A stretch of 64,000 nt of DNA from a virus. Under the pieces are notes generated by a model. That model was not told the origin of the DNA. It made no database searches and saw nothing but the letters and a program-made list of their open reading frames with translations. The position numbers and the translations under genes are program-made. This document shows, piece after piece, positions 56,897 to 64,000 of this stretch. The stretch lies in the IMG/VR virus record IMGVR_UViG_3300005511_000001. One strand, 5' to 3'. Every line of letters starts with the position of its first letter. Position 1 is the stretch's first letter.

Positions 56897-57555
56897 GAAA
56901 TTTGGTTTTGCACTTCCGCGGCCGCGTCTATCGCTCTAGGCAGCTTACGTTGGATGTATGGTCCAAGATCACTGAGGGCCTTATCTGCTTTTTCGCCCTC
57001 GATTTCGCCCTCAAAGTGTCCTGCAGCGTATCGGCTATTCAAGCTGATGATCGAAAACATTGCATCCAACTCAGCGTAAGTTCTCACAATCTTCGACCGC
57101 AGCGCATCGTCAGAAATGAGTCCAAGGCTAGCGGTGCAGCCGATGTAGACAGCAAATCTTGGCTCCATATCTGGATAAACAACTCGGATAATTTGCTCCC
57201 CTGCTGCCTCACAGTGCCTATCAAACACTTTTTTGACGCGGGTAAGCGCCGACTCGTAGGTCCCCAGCTCGGAGCTAAGAGCCTTCAAGAGATTTTGGAC
57301 TTTCCTCCTCTCTTCAACGAGTGCGAGATCGGAAGCATCCTGTGCCGCCTTGGCTGCGCGGTCCGCATTGTCCGCAATTTGCCAACGGATTCCAATTGCA
57401 GCACCAATGATCGCGCCTATCGATCCGATTGCTTGTATCCATGCAGGCAGGGTGGAATCTTTCTCCGGCCAGATGTAGTAGCACACAAGGCAAAACGCTA
57501 CGCTGGCCATGATCGCCAGCGCAATAGCTAATACGACAAGCATCTTCTGAAGCAT
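56860..57555 (-). CDS. Antisense moron, 2-TM protein with WIQAIGS motif
   Basis: AAGGAG SD; two TM helices; AT-richer. Confidence 0.8.
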   Translation of the reverse strand: MLQKMLVVLAIALAIMASVAFCLVCYYIWPEKDSTLPAWIQAIGSIGAIIGAAIGIRWQIADNADRAAKAAQDASDLALVEERRKVQNLLKALSSELGTYESALTRVKKVFDRHCEAAGEQIIRVVYPDMEPRFAVYIGCTASLGLISDDALRSKIVRTYAELDAMFSIISLNSRYAAGHFEGEIEGEKADKALSDLGPYIQRKLPRAIDAAAEVQNQISQLVAPLPSTAS

Positions 57556-57587
57556 TTATTTCTCCTTAACAATGGAGCAATACTAGC

Positions 57588-58439
57588 ATGAGCGAAAATA
57601 CAAAAATCGAATGGGCAGACCACACTTTCAATCCGTGGACCGGCTGCACCAAAGTCTCGCCGGGCTGTGACCACTGCTACGCGGAGAGCATGATGGACCA
57701 CCGCTTGCGCCGCGTCCAATGGGGGCCGGGCAAGCCGCGCTTGCGCACCAGCGTCGCGAACTGGCGCAAGCCGCTGGCATGGAACGCCGCGCATGCCCAG
57801 TTCTACGCGCACCACGGCCACCGCCAGCGCGTGTTCTGCGCCAGCCTAGCCGACGTGTTCGACAACGAGGTCGACCCGGCTTGGCGCGAGGATTTGTTCC
57901 GCCTGATCGACGCGACGCCGAATCTGGATTGGCTGCTGCTGACTAAGCGGATCGGCAACGTCGGCAACATGCTGCCCGTGCCGTTCGACTTCGAGCGCAT
58001 GTACCCCAACGTTTGGCTGGGCGCGACCATCACCAGCCAGGCTGAAGCCGACCGGGACATCCCCAAGCTGCTGGAGCTGGACGCGCGTGTGAAGTTCCTG
58101 AGCATGGAGCCGCTGTTGGGCCCGGTCGACTTCGCCAAGGTGCCGGGCTTCAACCGAATTGGCCTCCACCTTGGCAACTGGTGGGTGATCGTCGGCGGTG
58201 AGAGCGGCGCCGGCGCGCGCACGATGCATCCGGACTGGGCGCGCGGCATCCGCGATCAGTGCCGCAACGCTGGCGTGCCGTTCCTGTTCAAGCAATGGGG
58301 CGAGTGGGCGCCGAACTGGCTCAACGATGACGACGGCCAGAAAATCGTCGGCACTGAGCAGATGGAGCGCATGGGCAAGCGCATCGCCGGCCGCCTGCTG
58401 GACGGCCTCGAATACAACGGTTTCCCGGAGGTGAAATGA
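57588..58439 (+). CDS. DUF5131 (phage Gp37/Gp68) protein
   Basis: TKIEW.DHT.NPWTGC.KVSPGCDHCYA, VFCASLADVF, LLLTKR, SMEPLLG, VGGESG. Confidence 0.92.
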   Translation: MSENTKIEWADHTFNPWTGCTKVSPGCDHCYAESMMDHRLRRVQWGPGKPRLRTSVANWRKPLAWNAAHAQFYAHHGHRQRVFCASLADVFDNEVDPAWREDLFRLIDATPNLDWLLLTKRIGNVGNMLPVPFDFERMYPNVWLGATITSQAEADRDIPKLLELDARVKFLSMEPLLGPVDFAKVPGFNRIGLHLGNWWVIVGGESGAGARTMHPDWARGIRDQCRNAGVPFLFKQWGEWAPNWLNDDDGQKIVGTEQMERMGKRIAGRLLDGLEYNGFPEVK

Positions 58440-58825
58440 AGGCACTATCCATCCGCCAGCCGTGGGCCTGGCTCATTGTGAACGGCTACAAAGACATCGA
58501 GAACCGCAGCTGGCCAACGCGCCTGCGCGGCGAGGTGCTGGTGCACGCCAGCAAAGGCATGACGCGCGAGGAATACGACGACGTCGACCTGATGCTCGCG
58601 CTGGACGAGCGGCTGCAGTATCTCCGGCTGCCGGCATTCGAGCAGCTGGAGCGCGGCGGGATTGTCGGCAAGGTCACGATCACCGGGTGCATCACCGCAT
58701 CGCGGTCACCGTGGTTCTTCGGGAAGTATGGTTTCGAGCTGCGGGACGCCAAGCCGCTGCCGTTCCAGCCACTGAAGGGTGCGCTGGGCTTCTTCGAAGT
58801 GCCTAATCACCTGGCGGCGCCATGA
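58436..58825 (+). CDS. ASCH-domain protein
   Basis: KALSIRQPWAWLIV.G.KDIENRSW..RG.VL.HAS. Confidence 0.9.
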   Translation: MKALSIRQPWAWLIVNGYKDIENRSWPTRLRGEVLVHASKGMTREEYDDVDLMLALDERLQYLRLPAFEQLERGGIVGKVTITGCITASRSPWFFGKYGFELRDAKPLPFQPLKGALGFFEVPNHLAAP

Positions 58826-59238
58826 ACCCGCGCATCTACAAGAAGCAGGCGAAGCGAGCGGTGGAGCTCTTGCGCAGCCATTGCCGCCACGAGGGTGAAT
58901 ACGAGCCGGACCCAGACATGGGCGTCATGGACCCGCCGGGCGGCTGGCGTCGAATGCGGCGCCAGCCGAAGCATGTTCAACGCGCCTGGGAGCGTATCGC
59001 CGGCGTACCAATCCGCATCTACAACTGCGGCGGTTGGGAGCCGGAGTGGGACGCGAGCGACGCCCGCAATGACTGGATGTTTTTTCACGACGTGGAATGC
59101 ATGCGGTGGGATGAGGAAGGAAATCTCATCCCACCACCGCGCATCGACCATAAGCGCCGGCGCGACTGGATCAGCACCAAGAGCATCGCGCCTGGCTGGC
59201 GGTGGCGCGGCGGCCGCGCTGTGCCGGTTGCGCCATGA
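58822..59238 (+). CDS. Hypothetical protein
   Basis: ATGA-coupled; 138 aa. Confidence 0.65.
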   Translation: MNPRIYKKQAKRAVELLRSHCRHEGEYEPDPDMGVMDPPGGWRRMRRQPKHVQRAWERIAGVPIRIYNCGGWEPEWDASDARNDWMFFHDVECMRWDEEGNLIPPPRIDHKRRRDWISTKSIAPGWRWRGGRAVPVAP

Positions 59239-59555
59239 GTGCCCGTGAGATTGTCGCGCTGATCGCCGTCGCAAACCTCGAGTGCGCGCGCGCCGTCATC
59301 GAAGCACGTAAGCAGGCCGAATACCGGGCGGCGCGCGACATCGTGCTGACTGGTGAGGCACAAGGGCTTGAAGTCGGACAGACGGTGCTGCTCGGCGGCG
59401 AGCTTTACCGCATCGCAAGTCCAGCGGTCGGAGGAACGCTGCGGATCTAGGAATTTACGAGGTTTCAGTCTTTTCCTGTGGAGATGCAGCCTCGCCGCAA
59501 ACCAGCATTCGGCAGCGACCGCCCTTACCTGAAAAAGAAGAAAGGAAGATCATGA
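59235..59555 (+). pseudogene. ORF with an internal in-frame TAG (59448-59450)
   Basis: Frame stays open for 34 codons after the TAG and ends in TGA overlapping the next ATG. Confidence 0.45.
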
Positions 59556-59701
59556 AACGATACATCGGCGCCGGCATCGTGCTTGTCATATTCGCTGCAT
59601 ATTCGTACCACCAGAACGCTATATGCAAGGCCGCAGGCGGCGTGCTGCTGCGCGGCGCCTTTGAGCTTGTTTGCGTACGCAACCCGGAGATTATTCGATG
59701 A
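59552..59701 (+). CDS. Small membrane protein (49 aa)
   Basis: GAAAGGAAG SD; MKRYIGAGIVLVIFAAYSY...C..AGG....C. Confidence 0.6.
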   Translation: MKRYIGAGIVLVIFAAYSYHQNAICKAAGGVLLRGAFELVCVRNPEIIR

Positions 59702-59826
59702 ACGACGAAGACCTGCAAGCCCCGATTCAGAGCGACCCGCACACCCGGCGGCGCGCGTTCCTGCTGATCGCCTTGATCTACGGCGCGGCGGTGCTCGCCA
59801 ACATCGCCTACTGGTGGCCACAATGA
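59698..59826 (+). CDS. Small membrane protein (42 aa)
   Basis: ATGA-coupled; RRRAFLLIALIYGAAVLANIAYWW. Confidence 0.55.
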   Translation: MNDEDLQAPIQSDPHTRRRAFLLIALIYGAAVLANIAYWWPQ

Positions 59827-60074
59827 CCGTGCGAGCTACGGTCAAGGCGCCGCAAGTGGCCCCGGAACCGACCGCGCGCGATCTGGCCGAGAAGCACGAA
59901 CGGATCCTGCTGCGCTGCAAGCAGGAGTGCCGCCCGGTGCTCTACGAGGGCCGCAAGCAATTCATCGCCGGCCTGCACTGGCACAAGGGCGAGACGGAAG
60001 CCATCGTCTATCTTGAAGGCCGGGCCGAGCCGGTGCAGCCATGTGAGATTTCATTTATCAAGGAAGCAGAATGA
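59823..60074 (+). CDS. Hypothetical protein
   Basis: ATGA-coupled at both ends; 83 aa. Confidence 0.6.
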   Translation: MTVRATVKAPQVAPEPTARDLAEKHERILLRCKQECRPVLYEGRKQFIAGLHWHKGETEAIVYLEGRAEPVQPCEISFIKEAE

Positions 60075-61654
60075 GCAACGAAACGACAGACCCACAATTG
60101 CCCTTCCAGCAGCGCGTGCAGCCGTGGATGATGGAATGCTTCGGCCCGATGATCGCCGGCGATCGCGAGGAGCGTAATCATCGCTTCCTCGAAGAAGCGC
60201 TCGAGCTGGTGCAGTCCACCGGCTGCTCGGCCAGCGAGGCAAACCAACTGGTGGACTATGTCTACGGTCGGCCCGTCGGCGAGCCGGTGCAAGAAGTCGG
60301 CGGCGTCATGGTCACGCTGGCCGCCCTGTGCTTGGCCAACGACATGGACATGCACGCCGCTGCCGAAACCGAGCTCGCGCGCATCTGGACGAAGGTGGAG
60401 CAAATCCGCGCGAAGCAGGCGGCGAAGCCGAAGCACTCTCCCCTGCCCGCCGCTGCGACGTCGGCAGGATCTGGCTGGCGCCAACTCGGCCACAGCGAGG
60501 TGCGCGCCATCTACCGCGCCTGGCAGCAGGCCGAAGAGACGCCGATGGGGCTATTCAACCGCTTCCGCGAGGCCGCAACTGCTCCACAGCAGCATGCGCA
60601 AGCGGCGCTGCGTGAAGTGCGCGAGGCAGTGCTGACCTACTACGATGCGCTGACGGCGCGCCAGCATGGAGGCGTGGCGCAGGATAAGGCGTTCAACGCG
60701 ATTCAGCAGGCGCTGGGCCTGTCGTGGCAGTTTGGCGTTGACCATCGTGCCGCTAGCCAGCAACCAGCTGCAGCACCGGCCGCACCGGCTGCGCAAGTAC
60801 AGGATGGGGAACTGCTGCCGTGCCCGTTTTGCGCTGCTGCGCCGCTGATGCAGGAACATGAGCCACACAGCCACAGTAGATTCTTGGGCATTCCAGATCA
60901 TCCTGGCAGCTTCACCGTCGAGTGCCCGACCGATGGCTGCTGCGGCATGATTGCGGACACCAAGGCCCAAGCCGTAGTCGCATGGAACCGCCGCGCCGCT
61001 CTGTCAGCAAAGGCGCAGGCAATGGTAGTGACGGAACCATGCGCACCGCACATCCTTGAGGCGATTTCGTATTACGCCGGCGAGCGCGACGACCTGTCGC
61101 TTGAGGACGCGGTGAAAGCGCTGCGATTCGGCTGGCGCACGGTGTCAGGCCGTAGCGAGCGCGCCATGCTGTTGCAGATCGTTGACCTGCTGGCGTCGGC
61201 GCCAGCCGCCCCATCGCCAGCACAGGCGCAACCAGTGGCCTTCGCCCCCGGCGGCGTTCGAGCGCTGGCCGACGTGACCGGTCAACCTGTGATGTATGGC
61301 GATCAGGAAGTGCAGCCGAGGGCGCAGCCAGTAGCCGAGGGCGTGCCAGTGGAGGCGAAGCCAGTAGAAGGCCTGCTGACGGCGCTGAAAGATATCTCCG
61401 AGGCGTGCAACTGCTGCGGCGACCGCGCTGACTTGGCTGAGATTGCGAAAGGCGCTATTGACGCCTACGCCGCCCAGCCATCCACCGCACAGGGTGAGGC
61501 AATGAAGATCGCCAAATCAGCCATTAGCCTGCGTGCTCTCTACCACAATACCCACTGCAACCCAGAAGGCTTCCAGTTGCAAGTGGAAACGAATGCAGTT
61601 GAGGCTGAGGCATTTATCCGCTCTCTCGCCGCGAAGCCAGCGGAGGGCGTATGA
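60071..61654 (+). CDS. Mosaic protein: MazG-like N-terminus plus Lar-like Zn finger
   Basis: RFLEEALELVQ...QEVGGVMVTLAALC; LLPCPFC...VEC...C...A..AWNRRA. Confidence 0.7.
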   Translation: MSNETTDPQLPFQQRVQPWMMECFGPMIAGDREERNHRFLEEALELVQSTGCSASEANQLVDYVYGRPVGEPVQEVGGVMVTLAALCLANDMDMHAAAETELARIWTKVEQIRAKQAAKPKHSPLPAAATSAGSGWRQLGHSEVRAIYRAWQQAEETPMGLFNRFREAATAPQQHAQAALREVREAVLTYYDALTARQHGGVAQDKAFNAIQQALGLSWQFGVDHRAASQQPAAAPAAPAAQVQDGELLPCPFCAAAPLMQEHEPHSHSRFLGIPDHPGSFTVECPTDGCCGMIADTKAQAVVAWNRRAALSAKAQAMVVTEPCAPHILEAISYYAGERDDLSLEDAVKALRFGWRTVSGRSERAMLLQIVDLLASAPAAPSPAQAQPVAFAPGGVRALADVTGQPVMYGDQEVQPRAQPVAEGVPVEAKPVEGLLTALKDISEACNCCGDRADLAEIAKGAIDAYAAQPSTAQGEAMKIAKSAISLRALYHNTHCNPEGFQLQVETNAVEAEAFIRSLAAKPAEGV

Positions 61655-62268
61655 GCCTCTACGAAACCCTGATGACCTGGCCGCAGGAACGACTTGCCAA
61701 GGAGCTGCAAAGCCTAGCGCGCGACAACGCCACGCTGAAGCGCCGCGTGCTGGAGGTAGAGTGCGAGCTCTTCTGGATGAAGGCCACCCCGCCCGCTCCA
61801 CTCACCAGCACCGCCACGCTGCTCGAGCAGCTCGCTGACTGCGCCGGCGGCATGGTGAACGGCAACCGGCTGGCCAGCCGCGCGAAGGCGGCCGTAGCTG
61901 CCGAAGGCACCGCGCTGGGACTGTGCCTCGTTGTCGATCCGTTGCTGCCGGCCGACGTTGCCGAAATCCGCGGTGAGGGTGGCAAGCTTGTGGCGCGCAT
62001 CGAGAACATCGGCCCGGCGGCCGTCATTCCGGCGCCGCGTGGCTTCGGCCTCGTGGCTGCGCGTCAGCGTACGCCGGAGGAAGCGGCATGCTGGTGCCAT
62101 GCATGCCGTCCTGTGACGCTCGACGACTGCCGCATGGTGCTGTGCCCGACCTGCGGCAACAAGCGCTGTCCCCGAGCCACGAACCACCAAAATGAATGCA
62201 CCGGAAGTAACGAGCCCGGCCAACCTGGTTCAGCGTATCCGCGCTGGCCAGCGAAAGGTGGTGCGTGA
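61651..62268 (+). CDS. Hypothetical protein with C-terminal Cys-rich Zn finger
   Basis: CWCHAC...LCPTCGNKRCP.A..H...CTGSNEPGQPGS. Confidence 0.7.
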   Translation: MSLYETLMTWPQERLAKELQSLARDNATLKRRVLEVECELFWMKATPPAPLTSTATLLEQLADCAGGMVNGNRLASRAKAAVAAEGTALGLCLVVDPLLPADVAEIRGEGGKLVARIENIGPAAVIPAPRGFGLVAARQRTPEEAACWCHACRPVTLDDCRMVLCPTCGNKRCPRATNHQNECTGSNEPGQPGSAYPRWPAKGGA

Positions 62269-62516
62269 TGCCGGCGCCAGATCAATTGCAGAGGCCGCAC
62301 CTGGCAGCCATGACACACCAACTCACCTGCGCGCCGGCCGAGCTTACGCTGGGTGATGTGCTGGCGGCCGTCCAATCGCTCGCCGAGCGCTTCGACCGGC
62401 TGGAGGCGGCGGTAAAACCGCCGGAGTCATCGCTCATGCTCGAGCGGGACGAGATCGCACGAACAATGGCCCTGCTCCGCATCGCTCGGCCACTGCCGAA
62501 GGAGACACCACCATGA
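62265..62516 (+). CDS. Hypothetical protein
   Basis: Coupled at both ends; 83 aa. Confidence 0.5.
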   Translation: MMPAPDQLQRPHLAAMTHQLTCAPAELTLGDVLAAVQSLAERFDRLEAAVKPPESSLMLERDEIARTMALLRIARPLPKETPP

Positions 62517-62773
62517 TGTACAGCCCGGACGAAATTGAACGCATCGCAGAGTTGGTCGCAGCGAAAGCGCCGTCGACATTCCTCTCGTCCGCCGAGATCG
62601 CAGAGTTGACCGGTCGTCGCGCGCACAAGTTGCAAATCGAGACCTTGCGCAAGCAAGGAGTACCATTCTTCCTCAATGCTGCCGGCCGGCCTGTCGTCCC
62701 CCGCTCCGCGATCGACGGCAGGGGCGTGGCGGCGCCAAAGCCGGCAAAAAAAGCATGGACACCACCGGACTAG
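62513..62773 (+). CDS. xis: Excisionase (DUF4224-like)
   Basis: FLS.AEIAELTG.....Q...LR..G.PF..N..GRP.V; directly upstream of integrase. Confidence 0.8.
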   Translation: MMYSPDEIERIAELVAAKAPSTFLSSAEIAELTGRRAHKLQIETLRKQGVPFFLNAAGRPVVPRSAIDGRGVAAPKPAKKAWTPPD

Positions 62774-62777
62774 AAAT

Positions 62778-63806
62778 ATGGGCAGAAAGCCAACAGTAAA
62801 TCTCACCCTCCCGTCAGGCATGCGCAAGCGCGTGCGCGGGAAAACGATATATTATTATTATGACAAGGGCGGTAAGCCTCGCAAGGAGGTCTCCCTGGGC
62901 ACCGACTTTATCGCCGCGCTCCGCAAGTACGCCGACCTGCATCAAACAGATGCCCCGAGCCGGGAAATTCTATTCGTCGATGTTGTCAAGAAATACCGTT
63001 CCGACGCACTTCCTAAGCTGGCCGCTAGCACTATCCGCATCCAACAATCCGATATCAAGCACGTTGAGGCGTACTTCAAGGATGCCCCAATCGACCAGAT
63101 CAAGCCGATGCACATTGCCAGGTTTCTCGAAAAGCACAAGGACAAGCCCACGACGGCGAATCGCTGCAAAAGGCTATTCAGCACGATGTGGAACAAGGCC
63201 CGAGGGTGGGGATATACCGACCTCCCTAACCCCTGCGTTGGGGTGGAGACGCACACTCTGCAGAAGAGGACTGTGTACATAACCGACGAGGTGTACAACG
63301 CGGTGCACTCGGCAGGCACCGCAGCGCTGCAGGACGCGCTGGACTTGGCCTACCTCACTGGCCAGCGCCCTGGTGACGCACTGAACATGTCGGAGCACGA
63401 TATCATCGAGGGCCATCTAATAGTGACGCAAATCAAGACGAAGCAGCCACTCAGGATCGAAATCAAGGGCGAACTGGAAGCGTTGATCGAGCGGATCCGA
63501 GCGCGCAAGCGCACGCACAATATCCTCACGGCCGCCCTGCTGGTGAACCTGAACGGGAAGCGCCTCACGAAGGCCGTGCTACGAAACCACTTCGAGGATG
63601 CGCGGAAGAGCGCAGCTGCGGCGCACCCCGCGCTGGCCGAGCAGATCAGGAATTTCTGGTTCTACGACCTGCGCGCGAAGGCGGCAGACGACACCAGCGA
63701 CGAACGCGGGGAACAAGCGGCGAGCGATCTACTGGGACACGATAGCGTTAGGACAACACAGCGACACTACCTGCGCCGGGGCAAGGTTGTTGCCCCTACA
63801 AAGTAA
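62778..63806 (+). CDS. int: Tyrosine integrase
   Basis: YLTGQRP.D (R), DLRAKA, LLGH, T..HY; N-terminal arm-binding YYYY motif. Confidence 0.93.
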   Translation: MGRKPTVNLTLPSGMRKRVRGKTIYYYYDKGGKPRKEVSLGTDFIAALRKYADLHQTDAPSREILFVDVVKKYRSDALPKLAASTIRIQQSDIKHVEAYFKDAPIDQIKPMHIARFLEKHKDKPTTANRCKRLFSTMWNKARGWGYTDLPNPCVGVETHTLQKRTVYITDEVYNAVHSAGTAALQDALDLAYLTGQRPGDALNMSEHDIIEGHLIVTQIKTKQPLRIEIKGELEALIERIRARKRTHNILTAALLVNLNGKRLTKAVLRNHFEDARKSAAAAHPALAEQIRNFWFYDLRAKAADDTSDERGEQAASDLLGHDSVRTTQRHYLRRGKVVAPTK

Positions 63807-63807
63807 A

Positions 63808-63836
63808 TTTGCGGAAACAATATGATTTTGCGGAAA
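63808..63836 (+). repeat. Integrase arm-type direct repeats
   Basis: TTTGCGGAAA at 63808 and 63827, between int and the tRNA. Confidence 0.6.
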
Positions 63837-63866
63837 ACGCGAAAACGTGGAAACCCGCATGTAGAC

Positions 63867-63943
<77 letters not shown>

Positions 63944-64000
63944 AAAGACGGCGCAGGAATCTGCGGCGGAAATGAAAAACGGGCTGTCTTTTCAGACAAC

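Larger units (their letters stand above)
1..63866. mobile_element. Lambdoid siphovirus-type prophage, left end outside the window
   Basis: Complete module set (int/xis, cI/cro, O/P, Q, terminase, portal, capsid, tail tube, long tape measure, no sheath, lysis); integrase abuts the 3' end of a tRNA; no second tRNA-3' duplicate seen in the window. Confidence 0.97.

Noticed and set aside
63660-63680. Integrase YDLR instead of HxLR as a sign of inactivation
   Set aside because: The first His of the RHRY set is variable among tyrosine integrases; R, R, H and Y are present

Overview
The whole window is one lambdoid, siphovirus-type prophage of a GC-rich, probably betaproteobacterial (Burkholderiales-like; inference) host. 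It is integrated at the 3' end of a tRNA-Arg(UCU) gene (63867-63943). The matching att duplicate is not in the window, so the prophage continues past the left edge. From right to left: tyrosine integrase and excisionase; the rightward PL-type early operon (RecT, YqaJ exonuclease, RdgC-FtsK-gamma, DUF5131, ASCH); the cI/cro switch with five 13-bp operators; the leftward PR-type operon (antirepressor, C5 MTase, Mom-like GNAT, helicase-MTase fusion, O/P replication genes, Q antiterminator); pR'/tR' and a tRNA-Thr(UGU); packaging, head and tail genes; lysis genes; and a LexA-box-controlled SRAP module. Three observations stand out. (1) A 1,875-bp minimal large-serine-recombinase element is inserted inside the Q gene at a GAG core. 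It supplies a synonymously recoded replacement Q C-terminus, and the displaced original 3' end remains at 30638-30724. (2) All four antisense-inserted morons in the early operons are spanned by same-register open 'bridge' ORFs that start on the upstream gene's stop codon; three of them also end on the downstream gene's start codon. (3) The MuF head protein carries a C-terminal JAB-like (HxHP..S..D) domain followed by small coupled ORFs, a polymorphic toxin/immunity layout. All family assignments are from motif recognition by eye; no database searches were run.
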